Positions 1-8,775 of a DNA stretch of 64,000 bases are shown one piece after another (position 1 is the stretch's first letter; every line of letters starts with the position of its first letter). The notes beneath the pieces were generated by a model, which saw only the letters and a list, made by a program, of their open reading frames with translations, was not told the DNA's origin and ran no database searches. The position numbers and the translations under genes were made by a program. Origin of the DNA: a virus. The stretch covers positions 1 through 64,000 of the IMG/VR virus record IMGVR_UViG_3300009152_000039. One strand, 5' to 3'.

Positions 1-203
1 CTACTGAGGATCAACCTTCGACTACTACTCGTAAGATCAAAGTAACCTCTGTTAAGACCAACGACAAGAAGCCGAAGGCTAAGGCTATCTTTGATGCCAA
101 CAAAGATAAGTCCAATGGTGAGATTGCTCAGATGATCGCAGCAGATCTCGAGATCACATATGCTAATGCATACTACTACGTATCACGCGTGTTCAAGCGC
201 TAA
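1..203 (+). CDS. partial (5'-truncated) small protein with HTH-like C-terminus
   Basis: Open frame from the window edge, ...KPKAKAIFDANKDKSNGEIAQMIAADLEITYANAYYYVSRVFKR*, stop at 201-203, followed by a terminator. Confidence 0.6.
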   Translation, partial: TEDQPSTTTRKIKVTSVKTNDKKPKAKAIFDANKDKSNGEIAQMIAADLEITYANAYYYVSRVFKR

Positions 204-222
204 GAGTTAATGCAGCACCTTC

Positions 223-248
223 ACCCTGACTTCGGTCAGGGTTTTTTT
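223..248 (+). terminator. Rho-independent terminator with cUUCGg tetraloop
   Basis: ACCCTGAC-TTCG-GTCAGGGT followed by a T run. Confidence 0.9.
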
Positions 249-269
249 ATATCTATTATGTGAGGACTT

Positions 270-464
270 ATGTCATTCTTTACACTAACTGACCGTAATG
301 GTCACTCTATTACATTTAACTCTAAGATGATCACTCATGTTGCAGACTGCGTGGATGAGAATTCCGGAGTAGCAATCTATCTTGCTGGAGGAGGATTGGA
401 GATTGTTTCACAGCCATACCTCGAGGTAGTTGGAATGTTAAAAGGTATGCACAACGATTACTAG
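270..464 (+). CDS. hypothetical protein
   Basis: 64-aa ORF with GAGGA RBS. Confidence 0.65.
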   Translation: MSFFTLTDRNGHSITFNSKMITHVADCVDENSGVAIYLAGGGLEIVSQPYLEVVGMLKGMHNDY

Positions 465-466
465 CA

Positions 467-817
467 ATGGGTCGCAAGAAAAAGATTCGTCCTGAAAAGG
501 AATGTCCAAGATGCGGTACACTTCATATCAAAAGAGGAGTATACTGCAGCTACAGCTGTGCCAACGTTCGAGAGCATTCTGAGCTCGATAAGATCAACAA
601 AGGCATAGCAATATCTGCCTACCACAAAACAGAAGCTGCTGAAGAGCATAAGTGGAAGCTAGCTCATATTGCCAAAGCAGCAAGACAATATCAAACTGAT
701 TCAACTACCGTTATGCCAACTGAAGAGGATATGGGTATTCCGTTGTCCCCGAGCGAGGATTATGATGATCTGCAGGGCAGAGTCTCGGGCAGAGATATTT
801 GGTACGATGCTGACTAA
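467..817 (+). CDS. hypothetical protein with Cys4 zinc-finger-like motif
   Basis: CPRC...YCSYSC motif. Confidence 0.65.
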   Translation: MGRKKKIRPEKECPRCGTLHIKRGVYCSYSCANVREHSELDKINKGIAISAYHKTEAAEEHKWKLAHIAKAARQYQTDSTTVMPTEEDMGIPLSPSEDYDDLQGRVSGRDIWYDAD

Positions 818-846
818 CTCCTTGATTTTACACAAGAACTTATTTG

Positions 847-875
847 TTGACTTAATTTCGTTTGAAGTCGATAAT
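847..875 (+). promoter_or_regulatory. early sigma70-type promoter
   Basis: TTGACT-17 nt (TAATTTCGTTTGAAGTC)-GATAAT; spacer nearly identical to the copies at 2358 and 4209. Confidence 0.85.
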
Positions 876-906
876 CTCTATATTGACTGATGCATTTGGA
901 GGTTGT

Positions 907-1077
907 ATGATTGATAGTGCAAACACGGTGTTACAGATATTGGCTCAAGAAGTAGTGGAGTCGGCTGTGGATATCATGTATGATGACTATATTGATGAGA
1001 TGTGTGCAGGTAATGAAATGCTTATGTACTCGTGCCAATCGTACGATAATGACTGTGTATATTATGGAGAGCAATAA
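907..1077 (+). CDS. small acidic hypothetical protein
   Basis: ATG at 907 after GGAGG RBS, just downstream of the promoter. Confidence 0.6.
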   Translation: MIDSANTVLQILAQEVVESAVDIMYDDYIDEMCAGNEMLMYSCQSYDNDCVYYGEQ

Positions 1078-1078
1078 T

Positions 1079-1957
1079 ATGGATATCAAGAATGTTGGTG
1101 GTACGTTTGTTGCATATGATGCTACTGGTATGGAAGTAGCTCGTTCGAAGTCTAAGTATTACTTGAAGCAGAAGATTCAAGGACTAGAAGTTGCTCCTGT
1201 TGTTGATAACAAGGCAATTGAGTTTCCTATCAATCAGCGATTTGAGTTCGTTGAGAAGATCGTTGGTATGATTGCTAAGCGTATCTCTCCTTCCGTTGTA
1301 ATTACTGGTGAGGGTGGTCTTGGTAAGACTCACACTGTGATGGAAGCTCTTGAGCGTTCTGGTCTTCGTAATGTGACTGATCTGATTGCTGATGTGGATA
1401 TTGGTTCTGTTGAGACTGATGAGACTATGTTCGTCGTCATCAAAGGCTTCTCGACAGCCAAGGGCTTGTTCAAGCTGTTGTACGAGAATCGTAACTCAAC
1501 TATTGTATTTGATGATTGCGATTCTATTCTGAAAGATCCGGATGCATTGAACTTGTTGAAGGGAGCTTTGGATTCGTATGATACTCGTTACATCAGCTGG
1601 AATACTAGCTTTACTGATGACAGCTTGCCACGTATGTTTCAGTTTACTGGTGGAGTGATCTTCATCTCTAACTTGCAACAGGATAAGATCAATCAGGCTA
1701 TTCGTAGTCGTTCGATGTGTATTGACTTGTCGATGACAGTTGATCAGAAGATCGATCGTATGGAACACATTATGAAGCAGCCTTCGTTCTTGTCTTCGGT
1801 TCCTACTATTCAGAAGACGGAAGCGTTTGAGTTTCTCCGTACTAACCGTAATGAGGCTCGTGAGATTAGTCTGCGTACGTTGATTACAGTGTCAAAGATT
1901 CGTCAGGCTGGTGGTTCTGATTGGGAGCAGCTTGCTAAGTATATGTTAGTTAACTAA
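1079..1957 (+). CDS. AAA+/P-loop ATPase
   Basis: Walker A GEGGLGKT, Walker B IVFDDCD, AIRSRS arginine-finger-like segment; start taken as ATG 1079 after GGAG. Confidence 0.85.
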   Translation: MDIKNVGGTFVAYDATGMEVARSKSKYYLKQKIQGLEVAPVVDNKAIEFPINQRFEFVEKIVGMIAKRISPSVVITGEGGLGKTHTVMEALERSGLRNVTDLIADVDIGSVETDETMFVVIKGFSTAKGLFKLLYENRNSTIVFDDCDSILKDPDALNLLKGALDSYDTRYISWNTSFTDDSLPRMFQFTGGVIFISNLQQDKINQAIRSRSMCIDLSMTVDQKIDRMEHIMKQPSFLSSVPTIQKTEAFEFLRTNRNEAREISLRTLITVSKIRQAGGSDWEQLAKYMLVN

Positions 1958-1966
1958 GGAGTAGTT

Positions 1967-2353
1967 ATGAGTCAGATTGTATGTAATAGAATTATAACTC
2001 CGGATGGGACTGTTCTGCAGTCTCATCATCGACACGACTATGTGACCTACATTGATAAGAACGGTTTGGAGTACATGGTTGATGGTGGTAATGATTACCT
2101 GAGACGTAACATTCATGATGATGCTCCTTACACTGAATTCTCACTCACAATGGATGATCCGTACGAGGATGTGCGGCAAGGATTCACGTGGGGCACTCGC
2201 GGCAAGGATGGTAAGCAGCCACTCACGTGGGTCTCGCTCTGCATGCTTGAGGTTGAGCATATAGTTGCTATTATGGAAACGCAGACTCTTGCTGATTATG
2301 TAACAGAACTATTTGAAAAAGAATTGGAATACCGCATAGAATGCGATGTTTGA
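1967..2353 (+). CDS. conserved phage hypothetical protein
   Basis: AAGGAG RBS; SHHRHDY...VDGGNDYLRR motif. Confidence 0.75.
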   Translation: MSQIVCNRIITPDGTVLQSHHRHDYVTYIDKNGLEYMVDGGNDYLRRNIHDDAPYTEFSLTMDDPYEDVRQGFTWGTRGKDGKQPLTWVSLCMLEVEHIVAIMETQTLADYVTELFEKELEYRIECDV

Positions 2354-2357
2354 GATG

Positions 2358-2386
2358 TTGACTTAATTTCGTTAGAAGCCCATAAT
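2358..2386 (+). promoter_or_regulatory. early sigma70-type promoter
   Basis: TTGACT-TAATTTCGTTAGAAGCC-CATAAT. Confidence 0.85.
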
Positions 2387-2414
2387 AGCCTTACTGAATT
2401 GATGAGGAGATGTT

Positions 2415-2771
2415 ATGTTATATACATTTGATGAGGCAGTGCTTAGCGACCTGCATAAAGACGCTTATGGTTTTCGTCCGGACCAAAGCTTTTGGGCTAC
2501 GTTTGCAGCGTTCAATCCTGATCAGAAGCAGGCACTGTGGGACAGTTTGATTGCAGATCTGAATCGTTCTATTGAAAAGGACGAGGCTGATCAGAAGGCT
2601 GCAATCGTTGAGTTCGAAGATCGTGTCGATAATCTGATGCACGATGGTACCACTCGTAAGGCAGTTGTGCAGTGGTTGATGAGAGAAGATGACGACACTA
2701 TGGATGCAGAGGGATTTGAGTTTATCTACAATCTGCCTTTTGGTTATCTGAAAAAAATGGAGTACGTATGA
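2415..2771 (+). CDS. conserved phage early hypothetical protein
   Basis: GAGGAG RBS; SDLHKDAYGFRP N-terminal motif. Confidence 0.75.
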   Translation: MLYTFDEAVLSDLHKDAYGFRPDQSFWATFAAFNPDQKQALWDSLIADLNRSIEKDEADQKAAIVEFEDRVDNLMHDGTTRKAVVQWLMREDDDTMDAEGFEFIYNLPFGYLKKMEYV

Positions 2772-3010
2772 TGAGCTTTCAATTTGAGATGACCGATACA
2801 TTCGGTGGTGAGGCTAACTACTATTGGGTCAAGCGTGCATCTTTTGACTTTAAGTCGACTGCTACTGACAAGGCTCTTGTTCGTAGAGCAAAGAAGTGGG
2901 CTGGTCTGACTGGAGTTCGTTGTAAGATTGATAATTACGGTGGTGAGATGATTGCTATTAGACCTACCGATCGTTCTGTCGTTGTGTTTATTACGGAAGG
3001 GATCATGTGA
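2768..3010 (+). CDS. hypothetical protein
   Basis: ATGA overlap with the upstream gene; EMTDTFGGEANYYWV motif. Confidence 0.7.
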   Translation: MMSFQFEMTDTFGGEANYYWVKRASFDFKSTATDKALVRRAKKWAGLTGVRCKIDNYGGEMIAIRPTDRSVVVFITEGIM

Positions 3011-3207
3011 TGAGCTTTCGTAATACTGGTGTCATGTGTATGGTAGCTGTGCCTGACTACAATCGTGAAGAGGGTTTCAAGAGTGTAGATCTAGGTAACT
3101 ACTTTACAGATCCAAACGGTGATAGGTGTTTGGTGACATCGGTTGAGCTTGCTTCGAAGTACAGTCGGTATGTCAATGTTCCAATTTATACTAGGAGATG
3201 TGTATGA
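3007..3207 (+). CDS. hypothetical protein
   Basis: Coupled ORF in the early operon. Confidence 0.55.
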   Translation: MMSFRNTGVMCMVAVPDYNREEGFKSVDLGNYFTDPNGDRCLVTSVELASKYSRYVNVPIYTRRCV

Positions 3208-3389
3208 GCGAGGCTCGTAGTTTGGATAGTATTGTGAATGAGGTGATTAATCTCTCCGAAGTCCGTAGTGCATTGGATCCTGTTCATTGTGCTGACGACT
3301 TAAAACGAGTTGAGAAGCGGATTGCCTATCTGGAAGGATTGATGGAGAACATGACTATTGAGAGGAGAAGTACCTTTGAAAGTATTTGA
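3204..3389 (+). CDS. hypothetical protein
   Basis: AGGAG RBS and ATGA overlap. Confidence 0.55.
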   Translation: MSEARSLDSIVNEVINLSEVRSALDPVHCADDLKRVEKRIAYLEGLMENMTIERRSTFESI

Positions 3390-3567
3390 TGATGGTTTCA
3401 TACTTAGCATTTTGCTATTGCTAGGTGCATTGTTTATTGGGTCGACTGTTCATATGGCTACAATGAACAAAGCAGTTGAGAATTGTATCACAGCTAATCA
3501 AGATTGGACTGTTGCTGTTGCTACGACATATTGCAATTCAATTGTCAAGGAAGGTAAGCGTCCATAA
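3358..3567 (+). CDS. small predicted membrane protein (start uncertain)
   Basis: Hydrophobic stretch FILSILLLLGALFIGSTV. Confidence 0.55.
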   Translation: MRGEVPLKVFDDGFILSILLLLGALFIGSTVHMATMNKAVENCITANQDWTVAVATTYCNSIVKEGKRP

Positions 3568-3769
3568 TGAACAGGAAGCGACAGATAATGAGGAGATGGT
3601 ATGACCATTGTGCCAACGATCCGATATACTGAAAAAACCAGGATGTATGAGATTGTAGAGTTGATTGTGCTAGATAATGGTGAGTCTTGTTGTGGAGAAG
3701 TAATTGAGGGTGATATGTTCAAGTTTGGTGATGTGCTTCGTCGTTTTTATAGATTAACAGGAAGGTGAC

Positions 3770-3898
3770 ATGATTAATTTTGTTATGGGTACTATTTTTG
3801 GTATCATTGTCAGTACTGTAGGATTTTCAGCTTTTGCTGGAATTGCTGACAGTGGTGTTCACAAGGTGAAGCAAGTTACTAAGCAGGCAATGGAATGA
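3770..3898 (+). CDS. small membrane protein (42 aa, below the ORF-track cutoff)
   Basis: MINFVMGTIFGIIVSTVGFSAFAGIADSGVHKVKQVTKQAME*; GGAAGG RBS; stop overlaps the next start. Confidence 0.55.
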   Translation: MINFVMGTIFGIIVSTVGFSAFAGIADSGVHKVKQVTKQAME

Positions 3899-4122
3899 TG
3901 CATATTGATATATTTAAGTGGACTGGTACTGCGTTCACATTGGCTGGAGCAATTGCTACTGCGTTAGCGTTTGATCCGTTGAATGTGTTGATGTTCAATC
4001 TTGGATCACTCGCATGGTTGATTGCTGCTATCAGGATGAAGGATACGAGTCTGATTGGAGTCAATACTGGACTTCTCGCAATCTATTTGGTAGGCTTTCT
4101 GATGAGGCTGATCTCGCACTAA
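3895..4122 (+). CDS. small multi-pass membrane protein
   Basis: Three hydrophobic segments. Confidence 0.7.
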   Translation: MMHIDIFKWTGTAFTLAGAIATALAFDPLNVLMFNLGSLAWLIAAIRMKDTSLIGVNTGLLAIYLVGFLMRLISH

Positions 4123-4179
4123 CAGCCCCGCAGCAGGAAAAAGTTAACATTATACTATCTCCTTTGAAAATAAATCAAC

Positions 4180-4205
4180 AACCCGCATTTATTGCGGGTT
4201 TTTTT
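4180..4205 (+). terminator. Rho-independent terminator
   Basis: AACCCGCA-TTTAT-TGCGGGTT followed by TTTTT. Confidence 0.8.
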
Positions 4206-4208
4206 GTG

Positions 4209-4237
4209 TTGACTTAATATCGTTAGAAGCCGATAAT
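4209..4237 (+). promoter_or_regulatory. early sigma70-type promoter
   Basis: TTGACT-TAATATCGTTAGAAGCC-GATAAT. Confidence 0.85.
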
Positions 4238-4268
4238 GGTTATATTGAATGATTAATTGGAGAGAGCG

Positions 4269-4463
4269 ATGTTAAAAGACAAGTTAGGTAGGGCTTTAGA
4301 GGTTGGTGACAAGGTAGCTTTTGTAGGTTATTACAATACCAACACATTGACGATTGGTGTTATCAAGAAGTTGAGTCGTGTTCGTGCAGAAGTAGAGTAC
4401 AAGAGTCTCTGGTCCTCTAAGTCTAAAGAAACAATCAACACGAATGGTTTGATCAAGGTTTAA
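4269..4463 (+). CDS. hypothetical protein, SH3/KOW-like
   Basis: MLKDKLGRALEVGDKVAF; GGAGAG RBS. Confidence 0.6.
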   Translation: MLKDKLGRALEVGDKVAFVGYYNTNTLTIGVIKKLSRVRAEVEYKSLWSSKSKETINTNGLIKV

Positions 4464-4980
4464 TTGAGGGGGCGTGATGAGTAAGTTTAGTGATATGTTA
4501 ATTGAGATCGAAGAGATGTTAGTTAGTGGTAGGTTTACTGCGGAGCAGGTTGCTAATTTCTTTGGTATGCCGCTGCAGGATATTCAGTTGATTGAAGATC
4601 GTATTAACGGACCTAAGGAGGCAGTATGAATCCAGCAATAGAGTTTATTGATGTTAAGATTGGTCGTTTGTTCCATCTGAATGGTAATGATTACATCAAG
4701 ATGTCGTCTCGTACAGCACGTATGCTGTCGAATGGTCGTACGTTCTACATGAAGAAGTATGAGCCTGTTCACATCATTGCAAACTAAGGAGGCGGTATGA
4801 CGTTAGCAGAGATCAATTACATTGAGCAGCAGTTGTTTCAGGTTGCTCCGCTGCCGTTGACGGAAGAGAATTTTCCTTATGGATTTGACATTAGATTCAG
4901 ACGTTAGGTAAGAAGACTAACTTTCTTCGTATCACGCCTCATCAGATGAAAAAGATTGAGAACGTATTGTTAGGAGCAGA

Positions 4981-5187
4981 ATGATGTATATATCACAAGA
5001 CTATGGATCTGTAAGGATCATCTCGGAAGGAAGTCCTTTTGAGGTAACGTATGACATTAGAGTGCAATGGAAGAAGAACGGTGAGTGGGAAGACTTTTGG
5101 GGTACCAATTCGTTGTCGGATGATTATGCGTATTCCAATGCAAGGGACAGGGCAGCCGAAGCAAAAAAGATATTGGATGCACTATGA
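4981..5187 (+). CDS. hypothetical protein
   Basis: AGGAG RBS; coupled ORF. Confidence 0.55.
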   Translation: MMYISQDYGSVRIISEGSPFEVTYDIRVQWKKNGEWEDFWGTNSLSDDYAYSNARDRAAEAKKILDAL

Positions 5188-5363
5188 ACGATCGAATTAG
5201 AGAACTTTACTTAGAGTCTCTGGATGAGAGTCAAAGCACACAATTTTGCTATCAGAAGTTTGCTAAGTTGATTGTCAAAGAATGTGCTAAGAGAGTAGAC
5301 TATTGGGAATCAAGGCAGGGTGAGCATAGTGAGGATTTGTTAAACCACTTTGGAGTCACATAA
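5184..5363 (+). CDS. hypothetical protein, FAKLIVxEC...HFGV family (59 aa)
   Basis: MNDRIRELY...QKFAKLIVKECAK...LLNHFGVT*; paralogous to the ORFs at 9399 and 9589. Confidence 0.65.
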   Translation: MNDRIRELYLESLDESQSTQFCYQKFAKLIVKECAKRVDYWESRQGEHSEDLLNHFGVT

Positions 5364-5548
5364 TGAATGAAGAAGAGTATGATGTGGTGATAGATGTACT
5401 CCAGAAGCATTATGACAAGCTCTCTCTAATGAATCATCGTAATATGACATCAGAATTTATTGGTATCGGTATCATGGATGATATTAGGTTTCAACAGATG
5501 AGTAGATTGGAACAAGCAATTAAGATGTGGAAAGCTAGGAATGACTGA
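5363..5548 (+). CDS. hypothetical protein
   Basis: TAATG coupling to the upstream gene. Confidence 0.55.
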   Translation: MNEEEYDVVIDVLQKHYDKLSLMNHRNMTSEFIGIGIMDDIRFQQMSRLEQAIKMWKARND

Positions 5549-5729
5549 ACATATTATGAAGCAGAGATCTGTAGCATTGGTCATTGCTATGGTAGGTAAT
5601 GATTTTGCTGATACATGGTGGAGCAGTCCAAACAAGGCATTTAACGGAATGACTCCTGCTGGCCAATGGATTAAGGATCATGAGAGTGTCTATAGGTATC
5701 TGATGCAGCATAGCGAAGGAGCATGGTAA
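5541..5729 (+). CDS. MbcA/ParS/Xre-type antitoxin C-terminal domain protein (DUF2384-like)
   Basis: ADTWWSSPNKAFNGMTP...VYRYL resembles the family W-x-x-x-P-x-x-A-x-x-G-x-x-P signature. Confidence 0.65.
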   Translation: MTEHIMKQRSVALVIAMVGNDFADTWWSSPNKAFNGMTPAGQWIKDHESVYRYLMQHSEGAW

Positions 5730-5914
5730 TGACTGATGACATACTAGAACGAATGCGTAAGATGTTAGAAGTCCAGGGATTAAATGGTAACTGGAACTAT
5801 GATTCATACATGCTCGGAATGTATAATGGAATGGAGTTCATGATGTCAATGCTGGAAGACAGAGATCCAGTATACAGAAGTAGGCCAGATGTATGGTTAT
5901 GCGATATAAAATAG
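5723..5914 (+). CDS. hypothetical protein
   Basis: GNWNYDSYMLGMYNGME motif; coupled ORF. Confidence 0.6.
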   Translation: MVMTDDILERMRKMLEVQGLNGNWNYDSYMLGMYNGMEFMMSMLEDRDPVYRSRPDVWLCDIK

Positions 5915-5975
5915 CGTGAAACAGCTGTTTGACGATATATTATTAAACCGCACCTTAACAATAGCACGGGAAATC

Positions 5976-6326
5976 ATGAAGCTCTACAGAGAAACAACTA
6001 ATTGGAGTACTCCGAATCATACGTATCTGCTGAATGATAGCAAGCAGTACATGCATGGTTACATTCAGCTGGGGACTGCAGACATCAAGATGTTCAAAGC
6101 CCCTATACGCTTCGATACACGCGGCAGAACCTTCCAGTTTGTTTCTGAGTACGCAGCAGAAAACCAGGATGTCGCGGCCGCAGTAGTTGAGGTGCAGGGG
6201 AGCAAAGGAGACAGGTATTACGTGCGGGTCACTGATGATGCTGCTGAGTGCTCCTGCACGGGATTCAAGTACAGGGGGGAGTGTAAGCATATTGCTCTTG
6301 CGCGGGAGGCTGTAATATACGTGTAA
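5976..6326 (+). CDS. SWIM zinc-finger protein
   Basis: GSKGDRYYV...CSCTGFKYRGECKHI (CxC-x8-CxH). Confidence 0.75.
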   Translation: MKLYRETTNWSTPNHTYLLNDSKQYMHGYIQLGTADIKMFKAPIRFDTRGRTFQFVSEYAAENQDVAAAVVEVQGSKGDRYYVRVTDDAAECSCTGFKYRGECKHIALAREAVIYV

Positions 6327-6395
6327 TTGAATATTAAATCAAATTATTTTGCAAATTATTTTGTAATCTCCACTGTTTGTGCGGGTTCTCAGCTG

Positions 6396-6424
6396 TTGAC
6401 CTAATTACCGCTTTAAACGATAAT
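6396..6424 (+). promoter_or_regulatory. early sigma70-type promoter
   Basis: TTGACC-17 nt-GATAAT; tandem AAATTATTTTG upstream; downstream GATTAATTGGAGA leader shared with the 4209 promoter. Confidence 0.8.
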
Positions 6425-6455
6425 GAATTCACTGAGAGATTAATTGGAGAAGAGA

Positions 6456-6710
6456 ATGAATAACGAAAAAGCGATGTTCGGGATGTCAGAAGACACAATC
6501 CGCGAAGAGTACATGAATTCGTTGACTGCTCGTTTGAGTGGTCAGGAGATGGTAGTTGCTGGTATCCTGAGTGACTGCCAGGAGTTGACTGAGCGTGGTC
6601 AGTCGGAGCGAGTTCGTCAGCAGCTGAATGTTGCTAAGTTCATTCTGTTTGAGATGATGGATGCAAAGCGTGAAGTCCTAGTTTCTTCTGATGATAAGGA
6701 GATTGCATAA
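6456..6710 (+). CDS. hypothetical protein
   Basis: GGAGAAG RBS; ILSDCQEL...RQQLNVAKFIL. Confidence 0.65.
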   Translation: MNNEKAMFGMSEDTIREEYMNSLTARLSGQEMVVAGILSDCQELTERGQSERVRQQLNVAKFILFEMMDAKREVLVSSDDKEIA

Positions 6711-6864
6711 TGATGAAGGTATATTTGGTTATCGAGAACGATGATGGTCTCGACGAGGTAGTGAAGGTCTTTGCAGATAGTGCAAAGGCAGATGAGTTTG
6801 CTGAGGAGCTGCGAGTAGCTAGTCGTTATACTGATGTTGCAGTAGTTGAGATGGAGGTGGAATA

Positions 6865-7053
6865 ATGGGTAAGTTCAACAACCTGATGGCCGAGTGTGAG
6901 TATTTAAAGACTGCACGCGGCTATGGTATCCTGGAAGCAATCATGTTCATCAATGAGTATGAATATGAGTATCCAAGTGAGATCCGTCGTGAGTTGAAAG
7001 AATTCTGCCGTGATGGGGCTCGTATGTTCGCACCAAAAAAGGAGGCTGTATGA
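6865..7053 (+). CDS. hypothetical protein
   Basis: GGAGG RBS; TAATG coupling. Confidence 0.55.
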   Translation: MGKFNNLMAECEYLKTARGYGILEAIMFINEYEYEYPSEIRRELKEFCRDGARMFAPKKEAV

Positions 7054-7250
7054 TTAAGCTAGACACTGTTCAGGGCACACTGGTAATGGATGTTGCATCA
7101 GAGGGCAAGATGATCCGCAAGGGCACTGATGTGATTATTAGTGAAGTAGTTGATAACTTCAAGAACATCTCGGTGGAGGTGGTCTCTATGTACAACACCG
7201 TGCGTCTGCCTTTCTACGGCACTAACATTACCAAGATGGTGGCAGCATGA
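7050..7250 (+). CDS. hypothetical protein
   Basis: AGGAGG RBS; ATGA coupling. Confidence 0.55.
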   Translation: MIKLDTVQGTLVMDVASEGKMIRKGTDVIISEVVDNFKNISVEVVSMYNTVRLPFYGTNITKMVAA

Positions 7251-7522
7251 TCCCAGCAATGGTAATTGAGGCAGTAGATAAGATTGGTAGTCACCGCACT
7301 GGCACTCTTCGGAATGTCTCTGCTGGTATGATTGAACGTGTCCTAGGCTTCGAGGCTAACTGCAAGGACGATCCGGACAAGGTAGTATACAGCTGGGGCT
7401 TTACTGCAGACGGCCATGAGTGTGGTATCTGGGACTACAAGGGCAGTCATACGTACGGAACATTCTCCACGTACGGACCTGATGAAGTATTTCAATATCT
7501 TTTTGGTGAGGACTATGTATGA
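7247..7522 (+). CDS. hypothetical protein
   Basis: ATGA coupling; DDPDKV...IWDYKG motif. Confidence 0.6.
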   Translation: MIPAMVIEAVDKIGSHRTGTLRNVSAGMIERVLGFEANCKDDPDKVVYSWGFTADGHECGIWDYKGSHTYGTFSTYGPDEVFQYLFGEDYV

Positions 7523-7676
7523 TCAATGATCCAATGAGCTGGACTGTGTTCAAACTAATGACTGACACTACCATCCTGCAGGAGCAGCGGGAGCAAGACG
7601 AGCTGATGCTATTTGCAATGGGGAAGCTCTGCAATGACTGATCCCGACATACTAATCATGTACGTCTGCGTCTATG

Positions 7677-7852
7677 CTGCGGGGTTTATCACTGCGATGC
7701 TGGCATTCGGGCACTAGGTCCCCTGCGGGGCTGCCGGGGGTCCCGGGGCAAACAGCCCCCGGGGGGACAATCTCCCCCTGCGGGGCTGAATCGACTACGG
7801 CCTAGTAATCAAACGTCCCCTGGAAGCCTCTGTATTCACTCTGCGGGGGGTC
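7677..7852. repeat. GC-rich, largely non-coding island with CTGCGGGG(CTG) repeats
   Basis: CTGCGGGG at 7677, 7723, 7778 and 7841 (CCCCTGCGGGGCTG twice); CCCCCGGGGG palindrome; in an otherwise AT-rich genome. Confidence 0.75.
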
Positions 7853-7953
7853 CAAATCTGTTGACTGTTTCTGATTTCCTGCGTACGCTAAATTTTTTTT
7901 AGCAAAAATTCACTGTAAAAGGTCGTGTTACTATTTTATTAACGGAGGTTGTG

Positions 7954-8124
7954 ATGGGCAATACTAAATCTAAAGTCAAGCCTGAGCTCAAGGTGTGGGA
8001 GTGGTCTAAGGTAGTTGTGAGTGAGGATCAGGAGAAGGCTCCGGTGCAGGTACTCAATCCATGTCTTGAGTGTGATTGTATGTATCCTTGCTCTACTGCT
8101 AGAAGTATGAAGCCTTGGGACTAA
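7954..8124 (+). CDS. hypothetical protein (56 aa)
   Basis: GGAGG RBS; MGNTKSKVKPELKVWEW...CLECDCMYPC. Confidence 0.5.
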   Translation: MGNTKSKVKPELKVWEWSKVVVSEDQEKAPVQVLNPCLECDCMYPCSTARSMKPWD

Positions 8125-8128
8125 TACC

Positions 8129-8311
8129 ATGAGGTTCCTGCTATATGATGATGATGGTATGCTTCTGAGGAAGTTCTGGAGTAGGGACATTGCTGAGAAG
8201 TTCCTGCAAGGTGGCTATACAATTGTAGAGTTGAAGAGAGAGAAGAGGAAGCGTATCCCTAAGGTCAGTGTACATGATACATTTGCTGATCTTGGGGAGC
8301 CTCCTTTCTAG
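8129..8311 (+). CDS. hypothetical protein
   Basis: 60-aa ORF. Confidence 0.5.
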   Translation: MRFLLYDDDGMLLRKFWSRDIAEKFLQGGYTIVELKREKRKRIPKVSVHDTFADLGEPPF

Positions 8312-8321
8312 CTGTTACCTG

Positions 8322-8350
8322 TTGACTCCTACTACAATTATCTGTATAAT
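8322..8350 (+). promoter_or_regulatory. sigma70-type promoter
   Basis: TTGACT-17 nt-TATAAT, intergenic. Confidence 0.8.
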
Positions 8351-8386
8351 CACTCTGTTGGGATCTGATTACAGTTACAGGAGTAT

Positions 8387-8587
8387 ATGATGAGATGCTG
8401 GTATAAGAGACTGTATTATGTAAGGACAGCGTGGAAGGATTATCCTGATGGTGGAAGGAACTACATAGCTACTCCTAGCCTGCAAAGAGCTATCAGAATG
8501 AATAAGAGATTGAAGGTAGGTGTACGGCAGATTGATGTACGTATAAGGGGTAAGAGGCCTTTTGTGTTACATAACAGTTGGTTATAG
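8387..8587 (+). CDS. basic hypothetical protein
   Basis: AGGAG RBS. Confidence 0.55.
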   Translation: MMRCWYKRLYYVRTAWKDYPDGGRNYIATPSLQRAIRMNKRLKVGVRQIDVRIRGKRPFVLHNSWL

Positions 8588-8775
8588 AGAAGAGTATGCA
8601 TAGTCAGTTAATTAAACTAATCAGAAGAATGATTGATGCTGGATACAGTGATGAAGATATAGTAGAAAGGATTCGTTGCAGTCCTGAAGCTATTGATGCT
8701 GTAAAGAGGTTGATTGTACTAGAAGCAGAGAAGAAAGCCAAGTCTAAGGCTGATGATGATTATGCTAGTACCTAA
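8578..8775 (+). CDS. hypothetical protein, possible HTH
   Basis: GYSDEDIVERIRCSPEAI. Confidence 0.5.
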   Translation: MVIEKSMHSQLIKLIRRMIDAGYSDEDIVERIRCSPEAIDAVKRLIVLEAEKKAKSKADDDYAST

